Source: Octopus vulgaris
Lineage: Eukaryota
Reading direction: 5' to 3'
Length of the DNA: 64,000 nucleotides
Assembly (NCBI GenBank): GCA_951406725.2
Contig: OX597823.1
Span: forward strand, 44,826,001 to 44,890,000
In this document: positions 53,100-64,000 of the stretch, piece by piece
Layout of the letters: each line of letters begins with the position of its first letter
Numbering within the stretch: position 1 is the stretch's first letter
Program-made: the position numbers and the translations under genes
Notes under the pieces: model-generated
Told to the model about the DNA's origin: nothing
The model's input: the letters and a program-made list of their open reading frames with translations, nothing else
Database searches by the model: none

Positions 53100-55181
53100 C
53101 CAGCAGAGCCCTAGGGTCAATATGATTGACTTACCCACTCTCCCAAAATTTCAGGCCTTGTGCCTATAGTTGAAAGGATTATGAAAATGGTATTTGAAAC
53201 GAAATTGTAATGGAAGGTTTTTACTTTAGGTCACTTTAAAAGAAGTTTGTATCATAGAACCAGGGTCAGTCTCAGGTGAGTTGATATCAAAAAGGCTAAA
53301 CAGGCTAGCATTTATTATCTGGCATTATGTGCTTTCCTATGTTTTTCCATTCTGTGTAGATGCCATTTTCACAAGGTCAAGATTTAAAATCAGAAGAATT
53401 TTTACAGCTTTACTTTACTTTCTCTTATTTGATTCCTCATTTTCTCTATGTTGGTATGTTGTCATGTATTTACTCATATCAAGCCTAACATCTTTTGCTG
53501 TTGTTTTTTGTAACTTCATCACGAATCTTCCTTGTTTTATGTCTTCTAAGGATGTCTCCACCAGTTACTTAAACACTTTCTACTCAACAGCAAATATTCT
53601 TTCACATTATACAGTAGGATTAACATCCCTCATGTCTACATTAACTTTTGATGTCAATTTGATATTGCTCATGTCTACATTAAATTTTGACGTCAGTTTT
53701 TTTTTTCATTTTGTTATTGGTAGTTCATCTGTGGACTCTCAACCTTGCAATAATTTTTTCTTTGATCTTTTATATTGTGTTTCTAGATTTGATTTTATAT
53801 ATATCTAACTGATTTTTGTGCTTACTTTGTTGGTGGTATTACTCTTTATTTTTCTATTTAAGAAAGAAATTGTTAATTATTATCTTGGATGAGATGGGAA
53901 TGGGGTTTGGTTACTAAGGAAAACTACATTGGTCATCTAAGGTAGCTTGGCTTATGGCTATCTGTCATTTAACTACCAAGCAATTGTGACAGACTAATAG
54001 CAAATGCTTTAGGCTGTTATGAACAGTGGGATTGCCAATGGTGTGTAGTTTGCAGTGTCTGTGTTTCCTCTGTACAATTTGGGACAGAACACTTTTCTTG
54101 GTTATTTTCACTACAGCTAGAAGGCCACCTCATGCATATGATGTGACAATGTAAGGTCTTTATGAATAAAGGTTGTTTCTGCTCTGTAGACAGGGAATTT
54201 AAGGTGTTAGCCTAGGCCATGACAATGAAGCTGTCTCCATATTGATAAGAGTAGAAGTAAGGTGTGGTGGAGGGTATAGCAGCTAAACATTTGTAAATAA
54301 TCTGCAGTAATTAAATTGATATAGCATTAATAAACATATCAAAAATTATAATCATGCTAACATAAGTATAATAATTATCTATAATGATAAATATGAAATT
54401 CTGTCTGTCTGGGACCCTTGTGTTTCAGTCTACGTTTGCTCTACATAGACATATACCTTTTTGGAATCAGGATCATCCTGGGATTAAAAATCTGTCCTTC
54501 ATTTGGTTCTTGAACATCCTGCATTAGGATCTGATTTAAAAGCATTTGGGTTGCTATTTCTAGCAGGTAAGGCTTGGCTGATTCACGCCATCTTGGTTGG
54601 TGTTTGTCTGATGACGTCAGAGATCAAATGGAGAGATAAATGACATTTACTTCGTTAATTTTATGTCAAGACAAGTACTTTGGGACATATTGGCCAACAG
54701 TTGGAATTCAACTTGGGTCTAATGATTGCATTACAGAATTAATTCTCATTTGTCCTTAACCTCTGATCAAACCCCACCAGGGCATATAGTTATTGTAAAT
54801 GTATTATAGTCATGCTGTTTGATACTCTTTAGTTTTGGGTCACAGGCCCAATTAGCCCTCCACAGTAGCTGACTTAAAAGTCTGCATGGAGTGTGGCTTT
54901 TAAGCTAGTTTGTAATAAATGAATACGGCACTAATACCAGTAATATACTGAGCTGAAATTCAATTCACAAAGACCAAACTTAAACAGTAGAGTTGGTACA
55001 GTGTGTAAAATGCTGAGCCAGATGATTTACTGTGCTTTGTTTTCTCAATCTCATTTACAAATTCAGTTATTATATAAGTACCAGACTTGATTAAATTACC
55101 ACAAAGTCCTCATTCTGATGTTGCTCAAAGAAAAATAAATATTTTTTTAATTATTTAATATTTTGCTTTTCCATTCATTAG

Positions 55182-55351
55182 GTGCCCAGATTATTGACCT
55201 TATGATTTTGGTTGTTGACATCACTAAAGGAATTCAAACACAAACTGCTGAGTGTCTTGTTGTTGGAGAGATTGCCTGTGAGAAAATGGTGGTTGTACTT
55301 AATAAGACAGATCTGTTGCCACCGGCTAAAAAGGCTGCTACAATTGAAAAA
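55182..55351 (+). CDS. EEFSEC: eEFSec coding exon 2
   Basis: Acceptor ttcattag|GT. Encodes (G)AQIIDLMILVVDITKGIQTQTAECLVVGEIACEKMVVVLNKTD(G4)LLPPAKKAATIEK. Donor AAA|gtaagt; phase 1 to 0. Confidence 0.95.
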
Positions 55352-55833
55352 GTAAGTTTCATTTCAGACCATCATAAGCGAAGGTCATAAACAAACTTCC
55401 TTACATCTTAATTTTTCCCTCTTAGCTTCATGTGTTCATTATTTTATTTTACTCTCTCCTTTGATGATTCTAAATATTCCACTCCACAAGGATGTTCTGA
55501 CTCATAAGGGCTGGTTTCCCAGTTTCCTTGGTGTATAAATTCCTGACCTGGATGGGACACCAGACCGTCGCAGGATTACTCATTTTTGCCAGCTGAGTGA
55601 AATGGAGCAACGTGAAATAAAGTGTTTTGCTTAAGAAAACAATGCGTTGAATGGTTCAGGAAATCAAAACCACAATCTTACAATCATGTTTCTAACACCT
55701 TAACCACTAAGTCATGCACCTCCATGCTCACTCCAGTGATTGATTCTTAAAAGTGAGTGATGGTATATTTTATATAATAGGACTGCTTTATCCGATTTAC
55801 TACTCTAAAATTTGAAATGTTTAATATTTACAG

Positions 55834-55923
55834 ATGACAAAGCGATTACTGAAAACCTTGGAGCCTACAAAGTTTGCTAAAGCCCCAGTAATTGCAGTGT
55901 CTGCTAATCCAGGAGGAACTGAG
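55834..55923 (+). CDS. EEFSEC: eEFSec coding exon 3
   Basis: Acceptor tttacag|, MTKRLLKTLEPTKFAKAPVIAVSANPGGTE, donor GAG|gttggt. 90 nt, phase 0-0; not in the ORF track. Confidence 0.92.
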
Positions 55924-56356
55924 GTTGGTACCATTATTCATACTTTTGCATTCTGACATTGGTTTGGATTAGCTGGGTTAATGTTTGTATGAGTTCTTAG
56001 CAGATCTCTTTATAACCATTATGCTATTTTGTCAACTTAAGTTACTATTTTCTTTCTTTTTTTTTTTTTGCTTGCTCCATCTTCCTTTTATTTTATCCTT
56101 AGTTTATGTTCAGGAAGTTTGTCAAAATCCACTGGGCTTCTCCATCCTTGGTTAGAATTTTTTTTCTGTCATTAAACTGCTCCCTTTTTAGACTTCAAGG
56201 CCTAACTACTATTAAAGGAAGCTTTGAAAAGGAAATAAGTGCTAATGCTAGAGTTGTCATAGACGCATCCAAAATCTGAGTCATTAATAGTGCAACATGA
56301 TCTAATATTATCAGAATGCTAAAATTATAATTGTTTCTAATTTAAGCACAATTATA

Positions 56357-57476
56357 TTGGGTCATCCATAAATAATGTGGTTTTTTTCAATTGCGAACTA
56401 AAAGTTGTAAGGGGATGGTATAAACTACCTGCATCAACTTGTTATAAAAGCAGGTAGTAATTTTACCTTGTACATATTCTTTGTGCAAATTTTGAAGAGT
56501 GCAGTTCGATTTTAAGTTATTTTTTCAAAGCTACAATGGAAATGACAGAGGAGCATATTTGGCATATTTTGCTTTATGAGTTCAATAAAGGCAACAACAT
56601 AATGGAAAGTGCGAAGAATATTAGTGCCATATATGGGGATCGGACAATAAGTGTAAGCCAGTGTCAGTGGTGGTTCCAGAAATCCCAAGCTGGCAACTAC
56701 AGCCTAGAAGATGAACCTCATCCCGGAAGATCTGTAGAGCTCGATGAGGACATCCTGCAAACCCTGGTGGAACAAAATCTTATCGTAACTATTGAGGAAC
56801 TAGCAGGGAAGCTTGGATTTGGTCATTCAACCATTCATCAGAAAAGTCAGGAAATTGGGTCAGTGGGTTCCTCACAAACTTTCTGAGTCTAATCGCGTGC
56901 AGAGAGTGAATGTGTGCTCTTCTTTGCTGTCATGTCATATGAATGAACCTTTTTTTGGACCAAAGGCAGAGGTAAGGAAAGGAGAAACATTGGCTCTCCA
57001 AGCTAAAGAAGGTCTTCACTCATGTAAGGTATTACCTGTTTGGTAATACCTTACATGCTGTGAGCAGCTTGGGCAGCTTCAGTCAATGCTAGAAGAAAAG
57101 CGACTGTCTTTGGTTTCAAGACGAAAGGTGTTCTTCCATCAGGCCACATACAGCGAGGATGACATTCCAAAGGCTGGAACAATTTGAATGGGAAACAATG
57201 TCCTGCCCACCATATTCGCTAGACATTGCCCCATCTGATTATCATTTATTCTGCAGTTTTCAAAATCATTTGGATGGAAAAAAATAGGAATTCTGTAGAC
57301 GAGATCAGAAGAGTACTGGAGGAGTATTTTTTATCATGGACTGGTGAATCTTGGAAGAGGAGCCTTGTAAAAAATGAAGGAGAGTATATTTTAGATGAAA
57401 AAAGAACTTTGTTTATCTTAATTTTGAAAAATAAAAGAAGTATAAAAAAAATCGCATTATTTATGGGATGACTCAA
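56357..57476 (+). mobile_element. Mariner transposon, internally deleted, in EEFSEC intron 3
   Basis: TIRs TTGGGTCATCCATAAATAATG / CATTATTTATGGGATGACTCAA, both flanked by TA. HTH ORF 56536-56886; WVPHKL; PPYSLDIAPSDYHLF; first two catalytic motifs lost. Confidence 0.92.
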
Positions 57477-57973
57477 TAACATTGGTTTCAAATTTTGACG
57501 CAAAGTCAACAATTTTAGTAGGCGGGGTTGATCCCTGATACTTATTTTATCAACCCCGAAAGCATGAAAAGCAAAGTTAATCTTGATGGAATTGGATCTT
57601 GGAATGTAAAGACATATGAAATGCCATTAAGCATTTTGCCCAGCATGCTAATGATTCTATCAGCCTACAACAGAATAATAATATTAGTAAGATTTTGCCT
57701 GCTTATAGTTGCTCAGTAGAAGTACCATAACATTATTTGACTTTTAGGTGGCCTAAATTTACTATAGAAGTTCAGTACTAAGTTCTTTCACTTCACTATT
57801 TATCGGATATGTAATGAAGTGACAATGAGCTATGGTCACACTGTATGAAGGCAGGTTTTGGTAGTGATTGGCTCCACAACACATTGAATTATATTTTATT
57901 TTCTGTTCATAGTGACTTAATTAGGGATACACAGCATTGCTTCCTTAGAAATGAATTAACATATGTTAGGAAC

Positions 57974-58275
57974 AGGTGTGGCTCTGTGGTAAGAAGTTTG
58001 CTTCCCCAGCACTTGGTTCCAGGTTCAATCCTACTGCATGGCATTTTGGGCAAGTGTCTTCTGCCTCAGGCTGACCAAAGCCTTGTAAGTGGATTTGGTA
58101 GATGGAAACTGAAAGAAGCCCATCTTAGAAGTTTGGCCAGAGAGACTGATAGAATAAGTACCAGGCTGAAAAAGAAAATAAGTACTGTTGTCGATTTGTT
58201 TGATAAAAATCCTTCAAGGCAGTGTCTCAGCATGGCTGTAGTCTAATGACTGAAACAAGTAAAAGATAAAAGATA
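57974..58275 (+). mobile_element. CORE-type SINE, internally deleted
   Basis: Same head, CORE motif and tail (TGACTGAAACAAGTAAAAGA) as the 12987 copy. Confidence 0.8.
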
Positions 58276-58544
58276 TAAATCAGTAAAAAAGCTTAAATGT
58301 TGTTGCTCATCTTCCTAGAAATAGCAAGCAACTTCTGAAAATACATACTTGTTTCTTGGTAAAGTAAGGACCGACTGGACAGTATACTTTATATATATAT
58401 ATATATATGCATACACACACACACACACATATATATCTCAATAAAGTGATATTCTTGAATGAAAATATATGTAAAATTTGAAGAAAACAAGCAAGAAGAT
58501 TGATTATTTGTTAAATTTGTGGCCCTTTTTTTTTAACCCATCAG

Positions 58545-58730
58545 ACTGGAGATACTTCAAAATCAGAGGGAATTGTGGAGTTGCTGGAAACCCTAAAGAA
58601 ATACACTTATATACCAGAACGAAATCTTACTGGACCCTTTATTTTTTCTGTTGACCATTGCTTTTCAATTCGAGGACAAGGAACTGTGATGACTGGTACA
58701 GTACTTAACGGCAGTGTCTCAATCAATGAG
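58545..58730 (+). CDS. EEFSEC: eEFSec coding exon 4 (end of G domain, start of domain II)
   Basis: Poly-T...catcag| acceptor; TGDTSKSEGIVELLETLKKYTYIPERNLTGPFIFSVDHCFSIRGQGTVMTGTVLNGSVSINE; donor GAG|gttagt; 186 nt. Confidence 0.94.
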
Positions 58731-59471
58731 GTTAGTACATAATATTTTTATCATGAGAAAGTCCTCACACGTTAGGAATTTGAGGAGTTGTTATTATCTG
58801 GCTTGTGAAGTTATATTCATTATATTAATATAATATGTGTATTGTCTGTGTCTGAAGAAGTGCATTTTACTGGAACATAATTTATCGAGTCTGGAGACCA
58901 CTGAATCTTGCAACTGCATCAATTGTAAGTTGACATTATCTCCCTTATCCTTCTGAGCAGCATGTCTCTTTCTCTGTTGCTCTATCATGTGCAGGAAATA
59001 AAGTGGATATGGGTAACTGGAATAATTGCTGGAATAGTGTGGAATATTTATATGTTGCTTTTTCTGTGGTGGTGGGAAGTGTTTTGCAATATATGAAGAT
59101 AAAATAAATGTAGTTATGTTGATGGTGGGTAGGAAATGAATGGAAACTTTTTGCAAGTGAAGAACTTAATTAGCACATTTCATAGCTAGCTTTTAGAAAA
59201 TATAGAGAGGGTGAATCTATTTGGCCATATGTTTCTTTGTAGATGTTTCTTTTGATAATCATATAGCTAGGGTACAATAACCATTTACACTTTGTTAACA
59301 GCAGTTGTAGCTTGAGCTGTAATTACTTACACCTTTTTACCATTCAAGATATACCCAACTTTCTTGGTGCCTTTTGATCTGGTGAATACCTCTAACCTCT
59401 GAAGTTCAAGAAATTGATTTATATTTGATAATATAATGATCTGAATAATTATATTTCTTTACTGCCATATT

Positions 59472-59701
59472 TATTTCTTTACTACCCACAAGGGGCTAAA
59501 CACAGAGGAGACAAACAAGGACAGACAAACGGATTAAGTCGATTACATCGACCCCAGTGCATAACTGGTACTTAATTTATCGACCCCGGAAGGATGAAAG
59601 GCAAAGTCGACCTCGGCGGAATTTGAACTCGGAACGTAACGGCAGACGAAATACGGCAACGCATTTCGCCCGGCGTGCTAACGTTTCTGCCAGCTCGCCG
59701 C
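59472..59701 (-). mobile_element. Young Deu/Nin-type SINE, same family as 24097
   Basis: Near-identical reverse complement of the 24097 copy; 15-bp TSD CTTTACTGCCATATT (59457, 59702). Confidence 0.88.
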
Positions 59702-59717
59702 CTTTACTGCCATATTG

Positions 59718-60134
59718 ATATTTGATTATAAAATTATGAGATTTTCTTTTAAGCATCAATCTTGTATGGGTGTCCAGTAGAGAGTAAAACAAAAATCAAA
59801 GGGGTCCACAGGCAAAAAATGGTTGAGAACCACTGCCCTAGAGTAAGACGCTTGTTACTGTCCCTCTCTCAGACTTTAATTGTTCATCTCCTGGCATTAA
59901 ACCACTAACATATTTTAGCAGTTTTTTTAGTACAATTTCTAATAATATTTGATTACAAAATCATGAGATTTTCTTTTAAGCATCAATCTTGTATGGGTGT
60001 CCAGTAGAGTAAAACAAGAATCAAAGGGTTCCACAGGCAAAAAATGGTTGAGAACCACTGCCCTAGAGTAAGACGCTTGTTACTGTCCCTCTCTCAGACT
60101 TTAATTGTTCATCTCCTGGCATTAAACCACTAAC
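59718..60134. repeat. ~190-bp direct duplication containing a hAT-like end
   Basis: 59718-59909 approximately equals 59945-60134. Each contains GGTTGAGAACCACTG (hAT/Charlie-type TIR) followed by CCCTAGAG. Confidence 0.85.
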
Positions 60135-61440
60135 CTCACTTCTCTATGTGGAGTCAGATCTGGCAGTGTTTCTACAGCTGGATGCCCTTCCTAACGCCAA
60201 CCACTCCGAGAGTGTAGTGGGTGATTTTATGTGCCACCGACACAGGTGCCAGACGAGGCTGCCAGACGGCCACGCTCGGATGGTGTTTTTTATGTGCCAC
60301 CGACACAGGTGCCAGAATGAGTAATCTCATGATGCACTAGTGTCCTGTCCAGGTGTGCGGAATATATATATACCATGAAGCCGGGATACTGGCCCTTATT
60401 AGTCGGTATGACTCAAGAAGGTAACTTTTTGATTTTTGCCCTCACAACACTCAGTTGAGGAGTCTTGTCTTGTGAGTTACTTGGTGACCTCATTGGTGCT
60501 GGTGCCATATAAAAAGCACCCAATACACTGTAAAGTGGTTGGCATTACGAAGGACACCCAACCATAGAAACGATATCAAAGTAGATAAAGGAGTTTGTTA
60601 CAATCCTCTGACTCACAAGCTCCTCTCAAATCTTCCAGCCCTTACCTGCATGCAAAACAGACATTAAATGGTGATGGTTATAATTGTGGGACCCCAATGT
60701 TGCAATACATTTTGAAGTGACAGTTATTTCAGTTTGAACTAACTTGATCTTTGAATCTTCAGTGGAGTACTTAGTCATTAGCTCTGTTTCCTTGGGCAAA
60801 TTTGGTTGAGTAATTTGCATTACATTTGTAAGATATTTCTATGTTGATAATGGTGAGACTTAATGATTTGTGCAAGATATTCCATTCAGAAATGAAAGAC
60901 TAGTCTCCATGTTCTCCACAATAAAGAAATTCATATCCACATCATGCTTGGTTGTTAAATGCAAATATGCCTTGACACTGGCTACATTTGTAATTTCTGT
61001 AGTGCCTTTAATGTGTATTTCTCATATTTAGACAAAATGCTGCAGTTGGCTGTATCTCTAGAGTAATATGTAAAACGTATGCAGAGACTGCACACAAACA
61101 AACATGCACACCATCAGGTTTATTTTATTACTACTTGTATCAGTTTAATTTTGTATACTGTAGTTTATTTCACTTACTATCTTCCCCCTTTTCTGCAAAT
61201 AGGGTGCCTATACCAGAAGAATCATGTATATATCAACATGCATTGGTCCAAGAAACCAGACATTGTAAATGTATTCTGTTTATTTAGATCACCTTTGATA
61301 GAGAGTAAAAATAAAATAGAAAAGCTTAGACTATAAATATATGCAACAGCTGATATGATGATCTAAATGCATCTACTTTCATCTTGAGGAATTGAATATC
61401 TAATTCTATGTTTGCAATCTTCCTATTTGTATATTTTCAG

Positions 61441-61524
61441 ACCATTGAAATCCCATCTCTGAAAGTGACCAAGAATGTTAAATCTATGCAAATGTTTCGT
61501 TTACCTGTTGAGAAAGTTGTTCAG
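61441..61524 (+). CDS. EEFSEC: eEFSec coding exon 5; gene continues beyond window
   Basis: Acceptor attttcag|, TIEIPSLKVTKNVKSMQMFRLPVEKVVQ (VKSMQMF motif), donor CAG|gtcagt; 84 nt. Confidence 0.93.
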
Positions 61525-62040
61525 GTCAGTGAAGAATAAATGTATCTATGTTATTTAATCCTCATTGAGTACACCTATAATGAAAGGCATTCACACTCAA
61601 CAATCCAACCATCTTTTTGTATGCCTAATATGTTCTTTAAGATGTTAGTGTTATGTCTCTCCCATGTTTCTCACTGAAAGAATTTATGTCATAGTAATTC
61701 CTTGGTTGTTCCAAACTGATCAGTTTTTACTTCCACCATTTTGTTTGTTTGGAATTTTCATTCTTTTTCCATTTTCTTTGCTTCATTTTTCTTCCTTTTT
61801 ATCTTTGTCAATGACACAAAACACACACTATATATATATATAATCTCGTCAGTAATATATATATTGAAATGTATGAAAAGCCAAATGCTTTATGGATGCA
61901 AAACCCTGGGTAACCCAATGAACCAGCCATAACTCTTTCTCTAAATATATATATATATATTCGACTTTTTTGTTATTTCCTTGTTAAGTTTTCTTACCAC
62001 TTTTGCTTTCTTAGTTATTCCCCCACCCCACTCTTGTCCA

Positions 62041-62162
62041 ACCAATGATGACTAAACTCTGCGCAAATATGAAGTATGTCCTTCAAGTGTGTCTGGCTCC
62101 AATGATAATCCTTTGTTGAGCCAACAGCTTGAACATACACTGTTTTAAGAGTGTTCTGAGGT
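62041..62162 (+). ncRNA. Candidate box C/D snoRNA/scaRNA, copy 1 (EEFSEC intron 5)
   Basis: ACC...GGT terminal stem; box C ATGATGA 62045-62051; putative D' ATGA 62069-62072; box D CTGA 62156-62159; internal hairpin; host-sense; paralog 1.16 kb downstream. Confidence 0.65.
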
Positions 62163-62339
62163 AATATGCTAATCATATCAATATTAAGTATTTAAAAAAA
62201 TGTTAAATGTTACACTGAAGCCACAATGGATTTTGCCACAATTGTCATGATTTTTAGTTAGCAACTTCAGAAGAAATATAAGGAATTACATCAGGACTGT
62301 TTGTGAAACTGTTAAAAGTATTGAACATTGTATACAGAG

Positions 62340-62780
62340 AACGTGCTGAGTGTTCAACAATGGTTATTCACTCAAATTTAGGAAACTTTGTTAGATCATG
62401 AAAAAGATGATAGCCCAAGTTGTTTTTGGAGGGTAGCCATCTGGGCCTTTTGGGCTCATGTTGACAACTGCACTGTTTAATACCTTCCTCATCTGTACGA
62501 CCATGCTGCTGTACATATAATGGAAATGGAGGTGATTCGAAGTGAACCTTTTCAACGTCAGAGAAATGCAAGGTACCAACAAGTTAACAACTGAATAGTT
62601 CATTGAACTACATTAGTCTGATGATAGTGTTTTCAGTGTTCACACTTCAGAAGCACTATAAGCCACCATAGCAACCATTACATTTTATGGAAAAAATGGG
62701 CCTGATAGTTAACTTCCACAAGCAGACCATTTGTGAATGGTACACTGTATCCCCACAACACACCTGCTTATTCACTTTCT
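62340..62780 (-). mobile_element. Degenerate LINE (RTE-like) fragment between the two C/D RNA copies
   Basis: Minus-strand PKRPR / PKTTW remnant resembling the GKRPRGRPKTTW C-terminal motif; frameshifted. Confidence 0.45.
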
Positions 62781-63199
62781 CAATACAACAGCAACAAGAA
62801 GCTATATCTTCCTTTCTAATTCCCATACTTGAACATTATCATTTCTAGTGAATGCTTAACTACTATCTACTGGACAGTCTGTATTTTCACTCTTCTGTCT
62901 AGGTGTTAGTCATGGACTTCATACAGCTGATACATTGAAACAGTGGAAATCTTTTACATCCAATGTCTGTTGAAGATCTTTTTACTCACCTGTTTAAAAA
63001 AAGAATTATGTACATGCAAATCTAACACCAGCAGCATTGAATCCACCCTAAATCATCTTCTATAATCAACTGTCTCTTCTACTTATTCAACTGAATTGTG
63101 CAATTTGTTTTTCTAATTTACTCTTTCAGTCACTTTCTTTCCTTTGGAAGTTTTCTTACCTCTTTGCCTCTCTTAGTTTTTTTTTCCCCTCTTGTTGCA

Positions 63200-63307
63200 A
63201 CCAATGATGACTAAACTCTGCGCAAATATGAAGTATGCTCATCAACTATGTCTGGCTTCAATGAGCCAACAGCTGGGGCATACAGTGTCTTGAGAGTGCT
63301 CTGAGGT
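63200..63307 (+). ncRNA. Candidate box C/D snoRNA/scaRNA, copy 2 (EEFSEC intron 5)
   Basis: Box C 63204-63210, box D 63301-63304 followed by GGT. 40-nt 5' block identical to copy 1; compensatory change in the internal stem. Confidence 0.65.
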
Positions 63308-64000
63308 AATGCTGCAACATATTCCCTATACTTTTACCAAAGGAGAAACAATGCTATTATTTCTTAGTGAACCTATTAGAAAAGATAATAGTTCTGGTTT
63401 ATCTTTTCAGTATTTTGTATTGCAGCACAATATCAAGTGTGTATAATGTGTGTGTGTGATAAGTGAACGAACAGTTTTCCACTACTACCCTTGTTCTTTA
63501 AATCAAATTTCTTTGTTAAAAATTGTATTGTAGATAGTTGTTTACTCAAATATATTTTCTTTCTTTCTACATTTCCTCATTAATTGGTTCTGACCAGTTT
63601 GCAGCAGTATTGTCACAAAAACAAATTTACTCTAGTAAAGTTGAGTCAGTTTTTTGTTTTTTTATATTTTTGAAGAAAATCAAGATGTTGTTAGAGAGAA
63701 GCATGTATTGAGTGATATTAATGCATTTACCCTCATGGGTTCCATAATGGAAATGAGATGTTCATTGAAGAGAACATGCAAAAAGATCAAGCTCCAATCT
63801 GATCTGGCAGAGTTTCTACAGCTGTATGCCCTTCCTAATGCCAACCACTCTGAGAGTGTAGTGGGTGCTTATACATGCCACTGGCACGAGGGCCAGTCAG
63901 GCGGTACTGGCAATGGCCACGCTCAAATGGTGTTTTTTATGTGCCACCTGCTCAGGAGATAATTTTGTTAATTAGCTAACCTAATTAACTGGCAGTGAGT

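Noticed and set aside
53281-53808. 175-aa hydrophobic ORF
   Set aside because: T-rich biased sequence starting inside a MITE and containing a 33-bp tandem duplication; no family motif.
63255-63262. GGCTTCAA in the C/D RNA resembling the tRNA-Sec anticodon arm
   Set aside because: Sense rather than antisense, short, and not conserved in copy 1; no support for a tRNA-Sec guide.

Overview
AT-rich, repeat-dense animal genomic DNA. The SINE, MITE and microsatellite content points to Octopus (coleoid cephalopod); this is inferred from recalled repeat families. Two genes lie head-to-head about 1.2 kb apart. WDR47 (minus) has a 1549-nt first coding exon (LisH/CTLH plus linker, 43379-41831), then more than 41 kb with no recognisable WD40 exon and two candidate microexons. 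EEFSEC (plus, selenocysteine-specific elongation factor) has five coding exons from 44597 to 61524 and continues past the window. The introns hold two decayed mariners, RTE LINE fragments, several tRNA-derived SINE families and MITEs, often nested. The best novel candidate is a duplicated box C/D RNA in EEFSEC intron 5 (62041-62162, 63200-63307), with a covarying internal hairpin and an 11-nt guide complementary to the U4 snRNA 5' end as recalled. Most short ORFs in the track are repeat-derived or chance.
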